Positions 38,809 through 47,570 of a stretch of DNA of 64,000 nucleotides are shown here, one piece after another. Positions within the stretch are counted from its first letter, which is position 1. Every line of letters starts with the position of its first letter. Below the pieces are notes generated by a model. The model did no database searches. It had not been told where the DNA came from and saw only the letters and a program-made list of their open reading frames with translations. This stretch comes from a virus (taxonomy: Duplodnaviria; Heunggongvirae; Uroviricota; Caudoviricetes), in IMG/VR virus record IMGVR_UViG_3300033273_000374, positions 128,001-192,000 of that record; one strand, written 5' to 3'. Both the position numbers and the translations under genes were made by a program.

Positions 38809-40266
38809 TTAACTCCAGTCTATTTTTTCAACCTTGAACGGGTAGTTTGCTTCTTTGTAGAAAGCCTTACGTTTGGTAAGGTGCCTTTTGGCAAATCTGC
38901 AGGTGCTTGTGATGTCCCAGATTTGGACGAAATCTTTGTCATGTGCCTTGCGAATTCCACGCCCGATACTTTGGATGACCCTAACAAAGCTCTTGCCAGG
39001 CTCAAGTAGTACAAGATTGAATATCCTAGGGATGTTAATACCAACAGCGGCAACACCATAAGTAGCAATAATAACTTTATCGCTAGATTCAGCAACTTCA
39101 TCATACTGTTCTTTCCTGTCTGCAGCCTTGGTACTGCCACTCACAAACACACTGTTTGCTATGCGCCTTTGCAGTTCTTTGCCTGCATTCACTCTATCAA
39201 CCAGTATCAGTGTATTGCCACTTTGCACAATTTGATTGACCATGCTGGCAATGTAGTCCAGTCGTTTCTCATCATCTAACAAATACTTCAATTCGCTTTG
39301 ATAGTTCTGATGCTCTTTTAAGTCTATTAATTGTAGCACATTCACTTCGCAATTTGCAAGAACTCCTTTGTCCTGCAGTTCTTTTGCACTGATTTGATTG
39401 ACAACAGGACCAATGCTGCACGTGAGTGCTACACTTTCAAACTTCTCTTTGGGTATGGTTCCTGTAAGTCCCCAACGTATGGGTATATGACTCATCACAC
39501 CTGTGAGCAGTGTCTTTAGTGCATCTGCTTTGGCTTGGTGCACCTCATCAATCATTATGCACACCACATCTTCCAAAAACTCTTGTATGGTTATTTCAGC
39601 AACTTGGTTCTTGGTGTTCTTCAGCAGCACATTCAAACTCTGCCAAGTGCATATGGTGTGAGTACGTCCAAATTCTTTTCTGTCACCAAAGAACACACCC
39701 ACATCCAGTCCCATATTGATATAGTCTGCTTCTGTTTGTGTTACAAGGCTTTTGTTGGGTACTACAATTATGGTGCGTCCATGTACTTCACAACGTTCGC
39801 TGAGTGCGGCAGTCATCAGTGTCTTGCCTGCACCTGTGGCTACTTCTTGTATGCACTGTGGATTTTCCACAAACTTGTTTATGGTTTCAATTTGATAATC
39901 ACGTAGCACAATTGGTTCGCCTGCAACAGGATGCCCTTTGGGCCATGTGCGATCTGCATATGTGTTTGCATCCACAGGCTGTAATGGATAGTCAATGGTG
40001 TATTCACGTGTGTCATTGAGGCTGGGCTCATAGCCTGCACTCACTAGTATGGGCAGTATTTCAGGCAACAGGTTGATATAGGTGCTGCCGCCCATTTGAA
40101 AGTATGCTTGTTTGCCATCCCAACGTCCAAGACGCACTGCTGGCATGTAACGTGCACCAGGAATCTCATACTTGAACTGGTTGCTTAACTTGCGACGTGT
40201 GTCCAAGTCTAAACCTTCAATCTTTACGTTTACTTCGTCCTTAACGTGTAGTATGCAAGGTTTCAT
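38809..40266 (-). CDS. uvsW: UvsW-like SF2 DNA helicase
   Basis: LRDYQ, ATGAGKT, DEVH, GLTGT, GINIP, QSIGRG.R. Confidence 0.88.
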   Translation of the reverse strand: MKPCILHVKDEVNVKIEGLDLDTRRKLSNQFKYEIPGARYMPAVRLGRWDGKQAYFQMGGSTYINLLPEILPILVSAGYEPSLNDTREYTIDYPLQPVDANTYADRTWPKGHPVAGEPIVLRDYQIETINKFVENPQCIQEVATGAGKTLMTAALSERCEVHGRTIIVVPNKSLVTQTEADYINMGLDVGVFFGDRKEFGRTHTICTWQSLNVLLKNTKNQVAEITIQEFLEDVVCIMIDEVHQAKADALKTLLTGVMSHIPIRWGLTGTIPKEKFESVALTCSIGPVVNQISAKELQDKGVLANCEVNVLQLIDLKEHQNYQSELKYLLDDEKRLDYIASMVNQIVQSGNTLILVDRVNAGKELQRRIANSVFVSGSTKAADRKEQYDEVAESSDKVIIATYGVAAVGINIPRIFNLVLLEPGKSFVRVIQSIGRGIRKAHDKDFVQIWDITSTCRFAKRHLTKRKAFYKEANYPFKVEKIDWS

Positions 40267-40879
40267 ACCAATCCTTCATTTCTTTTCCATATGCTAAGTT
40301 AGCATTATCCAGTGGATGTCCGTCTTTACCAAATGCAAAGTTATTGTTTTGTGCGTATTGCGTTAATCCAATAAGTTCGTTGTTGGGCATAAACCAATGA
40401 TTCCAATCTATAGGATATAGTATATTGTCTTTGCTATAAGTTTGGTTTGGATTCCGGCCGGTATGTTTATCTCTAAAAATTTCGTAATCTGAACAACAAA
40501 ATATATAATCTACACCATTATCTTTACACAAACTTTGCATTAAATAGATGTTTCTCCAAGTTTGATCTTTGATATAGGTTTCGTTGCCACCTATACCAGC
40601 ATACCATTCTTTTCGAAAATTAGAAATTTCTGGGTCATTGTCAGTGTACACATCTAGTTTAAAGTGCGGACTGAAATCAGCTCTGTTAGGAAAAGTCCAC
40701 ATAACAATAACTCTTTCAAAATTTTGGTTGCACAGATATTTGTAAAGCATGGTCCCATTAGCATCACCAACTTGAGCCAAACATACAGCATCTCTATCTA
40801 TCTGCTTCCACCATGTATTGCCTTCCGAATCAAGTTCGGTTCCGTTACTAAAACTATCTCCCAGTATTAATGTGTGCAT
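40241..40879 (-). CDS. SGNH-like protein
   Basis: GDSFSNG, WT...R, GHP. Confidence 0.55.
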   Translation of the reverse strand: MHTLILGDSFSNGTELDSEGNTWWKQIDRDAVCLAQVGDANGTMLYKYLCNQNFERVIVMWTFPNRADFSPHFKLDVYTDNDPEISNFRKEWYAGIGGNETYIKDQTWRNIYLMQSLCKDNGVDYIFCCSDYEIFRDKHTGRNPNQTYSKDNILYPIDWNHWFMPNNELIGLTQYAQNNNFAFGKDGHPLDNANLAYGKEMKDWYETLHTTR

Positions 40880-41513
40880 GAATTGCCTCTGCTATCCGTT
40901 GATGTCCTAGTTCTAACGGATGACCGCCTGGTCCTTTGGGTGCATCTCCCATTATTTCTACCATTGAAGTATCGGGCCATCCTACAAACGCTGCGATATC
41001 TATCATAGAAATAAGGTCATCTGCTTTGTGATCCAATGTATGTATTAGATTCAAATTGTCAAATGTATTTACAAATCTATACTCAACATTGTTTTGTTTT
41101 AAAAAACTTTGCAACAATACAACCTGTCTCACCCAGTTGCGAAATTCATACACAACTTCACTGTGCAAGGTTAGCCAACGTGCTATGCCTGGCCTATCAA
41201 CATCTTTTGCTTGATCCGGGTGCAACCAATAAGCAAGTTCTGAACATCCAGGCCATATGGTAAATGCACCATGCATGTCATTGAACTCTTGTCTGCCGCA
41301 ACTGGTCCAACCTACCACAACTAGATCTGGATCATGTTCAATAACAGCATTAATTGTGCGCTTTACAAAAAAATGATTGCTAGTGCCTCTGCGGCCTTCA
41401 TTGATGACTTTGTAGCCCAATTGCTTGCCTAGCACATGCGGCCATGCATTATTACGATCTTCTAGTTCTTCACCATACGTGAAACTATCGCCTACTGTGT
41501 ATAACTTTTTCAT
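40854..41513 (-). CDS. SGNH-like protein
   Basis: GDSFTYG, G.SN, WT...R, GHP...GH; likely start MKKLY. Confidence 0.6.
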   Translation of the reverse strand: MKKLYTVGDSFTYGEELEDRNNAWPHVLGKQLGYKVINEGRRGTSNHFFVKRTINAVIEHDPDLVVVGWTSCGRQEFNDMHGAFTIWPGCSELAYWLHPDQAKDVDRPGIARWLTLHSEVVYEFRNWVRQVVLLQSFLKQNNVEYRFVNTFDNLNLIHTLDHKADDLISMIDIAAFVGWPDTSMVEIMGDAPKGPGGHPLELGHQRIAEAIHAHINTGR

Positions 41514-41530
41514 AATATCCATTGTAGCAT

Positions 41531-41567
41531 AAAATGAGTGGCTAGTCTATTTCTAAACTAGCCACTC
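41531..41567 (-). terminator. Terminator hairpin of sRNA unit 2
   Basis: GAGTGGCTAGT-loop-ACTAGCCACTC then ATTTT. Confidence 0.7.
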
Positions 41568-41572
41568 TGTGT

Positions 41573-41616
41573 ACAGTCGTGATTGGAGGAGAGAGGAGAG
41601 AGGAGCTCACGACTGC
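41573..41616 (-). ncRNA. Candidate sRNA hairpin with anti-SD loop (unit 2)
   Basis: Stem CAGUCGUGA/UCACGACUG; loop GCUCCUCUCUCCUCUCUCCUCCAA. Confidence 0.6.
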
Positions 41617-41656
41617 AAACCGTTAAATTTTTGTGTTAGCCATAAGTAGCTTGGGT

Positions 41657-41728
41657 GAGTAGGGGGAAATTAATCCCCCTACCCGTTTCATCACAGTCCT
41701 CGTGGAAGAAGAGAGAGGGGAGGACTGT
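41657..41728 (-). ncRNA. Candidate sRNA: anti-SD-loop hairpin plus GC-rich second hairpin (unit 1)
   Basis: ACAGUCCUC/GAGGACUGU stem with loop CCCUCUCUCUUCUUCCAC; then GGGUAGGGGGA/UCCCCCUACUC hairpin. Confidence 0.6.
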
Positions 41729-41741
41729 AAATGAACTCTTG

Positions 41742-42668
41742 TTATGTCATCTTCATACAGGTTGTTTCTGCAAGTTTTTTCCAGTTGCTAGATATCCTCT
41801 TAAGGTCTGCAAGTTTGAGTGCCATACGCAAACTCATCTCACGAAACCTCTCAGGCTGGTCTTGCATAAAATTAATTATCTCTTGTTCTTCTTCCTTGCT
41901 AAAATTATATCCTTCAAACAAGTCTCCTTTGCGAGCAATTTGCTTGATGCGTAACAGTTTATCACGCATCGTGTCCAATGTAAGGTCTACATAGTGCGCA
42001 CGACTCATTAGTGCTTCTAAGTGATCCTGTAACCTTTTGCTTTTTACATTCTCAAACTTGATGTTGGTGACAAAGCAAGCACTGCCCTTGAATACAAATG
42101 AATCAGGGATTCCTTCATTGCGTAATTTTACACTGTCCGCATTCCAGAAGATCTTACGCTTCTTTCCGCTGTCCAGTGCTGCTTTAAGTATGTTCAATGA
42201 CAAGTCGTCCATTAGGACACTATCACAGTCATCAAACACCACCACGTTACCTTTACCACTGTATTCGTAAAGTTTGGCATACAATCCAAGTGCAGTCATT
42301 GCACCTTTGACAACTTCAAACGGACGCTTTTGATTTGCTATATCACCAAAAATGTTTTGCCGTTCTAACGTGGTCATTACACCATAACTTTTACCAACGC
42401 CCGGTGGCCCGGTAACAATCATTGCACGGATGTCACCTGCCTGCAAACTAGCAGTCATGGTATTCAAGATCTCGAAACGCTCTTCAATTTCTTGCATCCG
42501 TGTTTCTTCATCTACTAAATCATTTGCATTGGCATTTGGTAAGCCAATAATTTTACACTCAATACCTTTTTTATACAAACGTGTCTGAGCAGCCTTTACA
42601 GCGGCTTGTGTTTTGTAGCTCTTCTCAACACCTTTGTTATCTACCAGTTTAAACATCTCTCGCTCCAA
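41742..42668 (-). CDS. AAA+/P-loop ATPase
   Basis: GPPGVGKS, VFDDCD, LKAALD, TN, SR. Confidence 0.85.
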   Translation of the reverse strand: MEREMFKLVDNKGVEKSYKTQAAVKAAQTRLYKKGIECKIIGLPNANANDLVDEETRMQEIEERFEILNTMTASLQAGDIRAMIVTGPPGVGKSYGVMTTLERQNIFGDIANQKRPFEVVKGAMTALGLYAKLYEYSGKGNVVVFDDCDSVLMDDLSLNILKAALDSGKKRKIFWNADSVKLRNEGIPDSFVFKGSACFVTNIKFENVKSKRLQDHLEALMSRAHYVDLTLDTMRDKLLRIKQIARKGDLFEGYNFSKEEEQEIINFMQDQPERFREMSLRMALKLADLKRISSNWKKLAETTCMKMT

Positions 42669-42686
42669 CTGTTTAAATTTTAATTT

Positions 42687-42717
42687 ATAATAGCATCTTT
42701 TACAGATGTGTCAACCT
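42687..42717 (-). promoter_or_regulatory. Early sigma70-type promoter
   Basis: AGGTTGACA-N13-TGCTATTAT. Confidence 0.75.
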
Positions 42718-42720
42718 AAT

Positions 42721-43077
42721 TTATGCACGACCTGTAAGATAACGTGGTCCTGTCCATGCAACAGTGTAACCACCGTCTAAGATATTACCACGTGGAGCGT
42801 TTCTTGCTGGCGCATTAAAACCAGCTGGTTTAAGGATATCACCTTTATTAAACTTTTTGTCATTGTCTGTGGCAACAACAAAACCCCAAACACTACCACC
42901 ATTGCGGTTGGTAATTTTAATGTATTTGGAACCTTTGGTGTATCCAAGCTCTGAATCAAAATCTGCAACTCTTTGAACATCACGATCGCTAAGTTTGTTT
43001 GTTTTGGAACACTTTTTGATCCAGTTAATGTAATCAGCTACGATATCGTTTAACAGTTGATCAATTTGCTGTTGCAT
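42721..43077 (-). CDS. Early hypothetical protein
   Basis: G.KYIKI, SVWGFV, GDILKPA...PA; GGAGAGAGG SD before MQQQ. Confidence 0.75.
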   Translation of the reverse strand: MQQQIDQLLNDIVADYINWIKKCSKTNKLSDRDVQRVADFDSELGYTKGSKYIKITNRNGGSVWGFVVATDNDKKFNKGDILKPAGFNAPARNAPRGNILDGGYTVAWTGPRYLTGRA

Positions 43078-43109
43078 TTCCTCTCTCCATGCATTTATCT
43101 TATACATAC

Positions 43110-43140
43110 ATAATAGCAAATTGTGCCAATTAGTCAACCT
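43110..43140 (-). promoter_or_regulatory. Early sigma70-type promoter
   Basis: AGGTTGACT-N13-TGCTATTAT. Confidence 0.7.
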
Positions 43141-43288
43141 CTTTTTTTGGTTTTTTCTTATTTTTTCCCCAGGCACTGGTATAAACTTCTTCGCTACGTG
43201 CACCTGGTTCGCACACAGTGATTTTACCACCTTTGGCAAGATACTCTTTAACAGCAGCTTCGTAATCTTCGCGTTCATTTTTATCCAT
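43130..43288 (-). CDS. Small early protein
   Basis: EYLAKGGKITVC; AGGAG SD before MDKN. Confidence 0.65.
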   Translation of the reverse strand: MDKNEREDYEAAVKEYLAKGGKITVCEPGARSEEVYTSAWGKNKKKPKKEVD

Positions 43289-43299
43289 TGGTTTTTCTC

Positions 43300-43431
43300 C
43301 TAGTGTTTTCCGGTACGAACAGGCAATCCCTGATTCATATAGTCGTTGCGCACCGACAAAATCTGTGCTGGTGTCATGTATTCCCACACCAGCAGTTTGC
43401 CGTCTGGCATTGCTATTTCTAACCAATACAT
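43300..43431 (-). CDS. 43-aa early protein (not in ORF track)
   Basis: MYWLEIAMPDGKLLVWEYM...; AAGGAG SD after promoter. Confidence 0.65.
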   Translation of the reverse strand: MYWLEIAMPDGKLLVWEYMTPAQILSVRNDYMNQGLPVRTGKH

Positions 43432-43461
43432 TACACACTCCTTGTTTGTTTAACTATACAT

Positions 43462-43489
43462 ACAATAGCATAAATTGCTAGACTGTCAA
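43462..43489 (-). promoter_or_regulatory. Early sigma70-type promoter
   Basis: TTGACA-N13-TGCTATTGT. Confidence 0.72.
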
Positions 43490-43492
43490 TCT

Positions 43493-43834
43493 TTATGAAC
43501 CAGCAATCATTCTAAAACTGCCATCTTCTTGTAAACGGAAACCTTCAACAAACACATGCCAGTCACCGCAATGACGTTTGGCTGATTGGAAAACTGATTC
43601 TGCTGCTCTCCAAAAACCTTCTACAGTGTTTTCATGAGTGAAGTGGCTGAACTCACATTCTTGCATGTTCTCGTCAAATGCACGATATGTAATGCGATAA
43701 CATTCACGCTCTTCGTCAACAACCTTATCGCTGAGGTTAACAATCTCTTCGTCAAACATGCTCCAGCGAGTCTCAAATCCTAACTCGTTGCGCTTGTTGT
43801 CTAAGTCTTCGATAACTGCGTATAAGTTGTTCAT
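43493..43834 (-). CDS. Early hypothetical protein
   Basis: GDWH.FVE.F; GGAGAG SD. Confidence 0.72.
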   Translation of the reverse strand: MNNLYAVIEDLDNKRNELGFETRWSMFDEEIVNLSDKVVDEERECYRITYRAFDENMQECEFSHFTHENTVEGFWRAAESVFQSAKRHCGDWHVFVEGFRLQEDGSFRMIAGS

Positions 43835-43861
43835 TTCTCTCTCCGTTTTTTAACTATACAC

Positions 43862-43892
43862 ATATTAGCATGTATGTGTATACTGTCAACCT
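43862..43892 (-). promoter_or_regulatory. Early sigma70-type promoter
   Basis: AGGTTGACA-N13-TGCTAATAT. Confidence 0.72.
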
Positions 43893-44023
43893 AATAAATG
43901 CATTTTTTTGAAACTTTTTTTTCTGCTACTATATCATGTATCAAAAACATTGTTTAGATTGAGAAAACCTACAATATTGTGTAGATAACTTTTTTTTATT
44001 TTTTTTTGCCTTTTTGTAGGATA

Positions 44024-44221
44024 TTATACCAGTAAAAATGCTAGAATACCCGCAACAACCACATATGGCATCAACTTCCAGCCCAATCTAAAACCAGCTA
44101 TTATTACTGCAACAACAACACCAATGGTAAAGCCCATTGCTAATAGGTGCAGTATCAAATCCATTTTGTCATACACTAGCTCAAATGTGCCTTGATCACT
44201 TACTTGGAATTCCATCTTCAA
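44024..44221 (-). CDS. Small membrane protein
   Basis: Two hydrophobic segments; start uncertain. Confidence 0.55.
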   Translation of the reverse strand: MKMEFQVSDQGTFELVYDKMDLILHLLAMGFTIGVVVAVIIAGFRLGWKLMPYVVVAGILAFLLV

Positions 44222-44396
44222 ACCTTCCTTCTACACTCTTGATGTGTTTGCATTTGCGACGTGCAACACAGTTACAATCAAACCCGCTATCTAGCATGGT
44301 AACAGTGTACACATCGCCCTTGCTGCCTGTTACAGGCCATTGCACACCCACAAATGGGTGTCCTTTTGTATTTACTATCTCACTAGGGTGAGCCAT
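44196..44396 (-). CDS. SWIM zinc-finger protein
   Basis: GS.G..Y.V...C.C....CKH. Confidence 0.75.
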   Translation of the reverse strand: MAHPSEIVNTKGHPFVGVQWPVTGSKGDVYTVTMLDSGFDCNCVARRKCKHIKSVEGRFEDGIPSK

Positions 44397-44554
44397 TAAG
44401 CAGTAACCTTGCCAACAACAACACCAGCACCGTTAATTTTACCGAGAAAGTTAATGTGTGAATTGAACTGCTGAGCCAACACATTCATGTCTGCAGTTTT
44501 TCTAATTTTGCGCATTGCATCTAATGCGTTTTGCAATTCTACTGAATAAGTCAT
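44396..44554 (-). CDS. Small early protein
   Basis: MTYSVELQ...; follows promoter. Confidence 0.55.
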   Translation of the reverse strand: MTYSVELQNALDAMRKIRKTADMNVLAQQFNSHINFLGKINGAGVVVGKVTA

Positions 44555-44591
44555 TGCTTTATTCTCTCTACTGTTTTTTTCCAACATATAT

Positions 44592-44622
44592 ACAATAGCA
44601 CAACAACACATGTTGTCAACCT
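44592..44622 (-). promoter_or_regulatory. Early sigma70-type promoter
   Basis: AGGTTGACA-N13-TGCTATTGT. Confidence 0.72.
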
Positions 44623-44653
44623 AATTTTATAAATATTTTTACAGGAGCCTTCA

Positions 44654-45163
44654 ATGACCGATGTGCTTGTACTCAACGCAGACGCACAACCATTAAACTA
44701 TCTCCCCCTCAGCGCCGTGTCTTGGCGCGATGCCATACAGCAGATATGGCTAGATAAATGTACAGTATTGGAATATTATGATGATTGGGTTGTGAGTTCA
44801 CCAAGCACAGATTTTCAAGTGCCTGCAATAATAATGATGAAAGAATTCTTTCGACGGCATAGTCATCCAAGATTCAGCAAACTTAACTGCCATATCCGAG
44901 ACTTATATTCCTGCCAATACTGTAACACACAACAATCACACCGAGAACTAACACTAGACCATGTACTGCCACGTTCACATGGAGGTCGCACATCATGGAC
45001 AAACATAGTCACAGCCTGTAAGCCTTGCAACCTAGCAAAAGGTAACAAACTAACTCCTTTGCCCAACATCAAGCCATATAGACCAAGTTATTATGAATTA
45101 GTTGAAAAGCGCAAACAGTTTGACTTTAGTATACGTCACGACAGTTGGCGTCAGTTTATTTAG
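44654..45163 (+). CDS. HNH endonuclease (McrA-like)
   Basis: VLVLNAD..PL, RD..CQYC, LTLDHV.PRS.GG, W.N..ACKPCN..K; TATAAATA and AGGAG upstream. Confidence 0.9.
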   Translation: MTDVLVLNADAQPLNYLPLSAVSWRDAIQQIWLDKCTVLEYYDDWVVSSPSTDFQVPAIIMMKEFFRRHSHPRFSKLNCHIRDLYSCQYCNTQQSHRELTLDHVLPRSHGGRTSWTNIVTACKPCNLAKGNKLTPLPNIKPYRPSYYELVEKRKQFDFSIRHDSWRQFI

Positions 45164-45359
45164 AAAAATACTTTTCTAACATTTCTAACACATCATCATA
45201 ATGTGCAATTTCCATGATTTCTTTTTCCATAGCGTCAATAATGTCTGGATGCTCGCCAATACCAGTGCTACTGTTTAGATATACTTCAACGTTGGCTTTG
45301 TGTTTGTCAACATGCCCCTGTGCATGTGAACGCAGTGCTTCTAATAATATTTCACGCAT
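45156..45359 (-). CDS. Small conserved phage protein
   Basis: H..N.EVYL....GIGEH.DI. Confidence 0.7.
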   Translation of the reverse strand: MREILLEALRSHAQGHVDKHKANVEVYLNSSTGIGEHPDIIDAMEKEIMEIAHYDDVLEMLEKYFSK

Positions 45360-45388
45360 GGTTTACTCCTGACTAAGTATGTTTACTT

Positions 45389-46384
45389 ATGTTTAACCTC
45401 GAAGTTAAAAAGTTTTTTCCTAACAGTTATGTAGACAGCAATGCACTGGACTACCCATGGACACCAGCTGGCTGGCCAGTAAAACTGCCTAGCAAAAATG
45501 AATGTCGTTTTGAGCAACCTGACTTTTATGTGGTGCTAAACTTGCAAGACATGCTCACACAGGACACAGACGGTATTGTTGAATTGCGTACAATACACAA
45601 TCATTTTGCAGGTTGGGCAGACCTAAGCAGAGTTATAGTGTGTGTCTGGCCGCAGCGGATCAAATACATCTGGCCAGAAGACAGTGTACAGATTGTTGAA
45701 TTCAGCACACATCAATATGCTACTTGGCAACAGTACAAAGACAACGAAGATCTGCTGCGTGAAACATTTGACTTGAGTCAAAAAGATTGGCACTATAATT
45801 TTGTGTGCATGAACAGACACGACAAACCTCATCGCCGCATAGCGTATAGCAAGTTGCGAGCATATGGCATGGCTGGTAACTGTAGTCTGCAAAGTAAAGG
45901 ATTTCAATTGGCATACCCTAACAAACCATTTAAAGATTATGAAGCAGAATATGATAACTTGGCTAACCTGTTGAGTTTGGATACTAACCTAAACAGCGCA
46001 TTGTTCAACATCATAACAGAATCACAATATGCTGAACAGTATGGAATTGTCAGCGAAAAAACTTTCAATGCAATAGTTGCTGGACAACCTTTTGCTGTAA
46101 TAGGACATCAGTTAGCACTTGAAGACATCAAGTGCTTGGGTTTTGTAACCTATGACAATGTGTTTGATGAGGAGTATGATCATGCTGACAATACAAGCAG
46201 GATTGATTATTTAATAAACAGACATCCTAAACTGATACAGTCTCGTATGCACATAGATGATATGTGGAAGGTATACGACTACTGTGAAGAAAGAATACGT
46301 TTCAATAGAGATTATTTTTTCAATGAGTTTGGACCCAACATGTTAGACAGCTTTCAAAAACAACTGTTAGAGATTTGGCACTAG
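45389..46384 (+). CDS. GT-B-like (TEK-motif) putative glycosyltransferase, paralog 3
   Basis: MNR..KPHR, NIITES, VSEKTF, PF, GF.T....DE.YD. Confidence 0.55.
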   Translation: MFNLEVKKFFPNSYVDSNALDYPWTPAGWPVKLPSKNECRFEQPDFYVVLNLQDMLTQDTDGIVELRTIHNHFAGWADLSRVIVCVWPQRIKYIWPEDSVQIVEFSTHQYATWQQYKDNEDLLRETFDLSQKDWHYNFVCMNRHDKPHRRIAYSKLRAYGMAGNCSLQSKGFQLAYPNKPFKDYEAEYDNLANLLSLDTNLNSALFNIITESQYAEQYGIVSEKTFNAIVAGQPFAVIGHQLALEDIKCLGFVTYDNVFDEEYDHADNTSRIDYLINRHPKLIQSRMHIDDMWKVYDYCEERIRFNRDYFFNEFGPNMLDSFQKQLLEIWH

Positions 46385-47128
46385 ACTGTGCTGTTTCCAA
46401 AAGTCTGTATTTGTAGGGGTTGGACGTCCATGAAACACAACTATACTGGTGTTAGGCGTTAGTATCCATGGTTGTGTTGGTTCATGATACATGTTGTCTT
46501 CAGCAGGCCACGAGCCATCATTTGCTAGTCCTGTTCCGCTTTTAATTAGCCCGCCTCTGAACACTTCCCATTTGAAACTCATTGCCCACTCGTTAGGCCA
46601 CCAAGTATATTCTTTGCCTTTAATGGCATGCGTAACAAAGTCTTGATCGCCTCTGAACTTGCGTATGTTCTCAACTCTGTTGCTTGTAAATTGTTCCCAA
46701 ATGTATCTGTGTTGTGCAGTGTTCCAGCGCATCACACTGCTATTGCACACAGTGTATTTTGGTATCCATTTGCGATTGAAGTCTTGACAAATGCAAAATT
46801 TGTTGGTGTATTCAAAAAACTTGTCCATGTTACCAACAATAACAGTATCCATGTCTAGGTACAGCACATCACCTTGTATAGGAAAGTCTGGACTGAATTG
46901 GTACATCTTATACCACCAGTATCTACTGGGTGTGTCTACTTCTGGCCAATTGGGCAATGCCACAGTTTGTATTGGCCTGTCTACAAAATAAGGATTGTGT
47001 ACATCATCTGTGAGTATGGTCAAACGAAATGGCTTGGACAAATGTTTATTCAATCCAAGCCATAGGTTTTCTACATAAATTTCAGGTGGGTATTTTGGAC
47101 CTACTGCAACGCCTACAACGTTGATCAT
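46367..47128 (-). CDS. GT-A glycosyltransferase (GT8-like)
   Basis: KY...YV, WW.K..F, YLDMD, NSSVM, GDQ, VFHG.P.P. Confidence 0.8.
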   Translation of the reverse strand: MINVVGVAVGPKYPPEIYVENLWLGLNKHLSKPFRLTILTDDVHNPYFVDRPIQTVALPNWPEVDTPSRYWWYKMYQFSPDFPIQGDVLYLDMDTVIVGNMDKFFEYTNKFCICQDFNRKWIPKYTVCNSSVMRWNTAQHRYIWEQFTSNRVENIRKFRGDQDFVTHAIKGKEYTWWPNEWAMSFKWEVFRGGLIKSGTGLANDGSWPAEDNMYHEPTQPWILTPNTSIVVFHGRPTPTNTDFWKQHSLVPNL

Positions 47129-47505
47129 CCTCTTAGAACTTGTTTTTTACCTACACCACTGCCCACTGTGCGACGTTCAATGTCGTTGTGACTAAACTCT
47201 GCCCAGTACAGTTCAAATGCTACACCATCTTCTACACCTTCAAATTGATGCACAAGGCCAGGTTTGACTTGTGTGAAGTCTCCAGCTTCTAGAATGGTTT
47301 CGTCAACAAGTCCTTCTTGATCTGCTGTTTGCCACACTCGCACAATCATCTTTCCTGACTCTACAAAAAAACCATTCCATTTGTGTTTGTGATAGTGTTC
47401 GCTACACTTGTAGCCGGCTAGATACTCAATGCGATGAAACTCTAGCACACCGTTTGCGTGGATCAATTCTGTTTGTCCCCATATCTTGCCAGCACGAATG
47501 CCCAT
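47125..47505 (-). CDS. Cupin (sugar isomerase-like)
   Basis: GK.WG, CS.H.H, H.F, ELY, DI.R. Confidence 0.75.
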   Translation of the reverse strand: MGIRAGKIWGQTELIHANGVLEFHRIEYLAGYKCSEHYHKHKWNGFFVESGKMIVRVWQTADQEGLVDETILEAGDFTQVKPGLVHQFEGVEDGVAFELYWAEFSHNDIERRTVGSGVGKKQVLRG

Positions 47506-47570
47506 TAGTTTTTCTCCTTACAATTATCAAAATGCCATCTCTTCATCTGTGGCAATCCTCCTGCCTTCAT
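47505..47570 (-). pseudogene. 21-codon remnant of a homing-endonuclease C-terminal motif
   Basis: MKAGGLPQMKRWHFDNCKEKN; TAATG-coupled at both ends. Confidence 0.55.

Noticed and set aside
41655-41994. Plus-strand ORFs following GGAG-rich tracts
   Set aside because: Antisense to the ATPase; purine tracts are better explained as complements of hairpin loops
43893-44023. AT/T-rich intergenic tract as replication origin
   Set aside because: No iterons; consistent with an UP element or spacer
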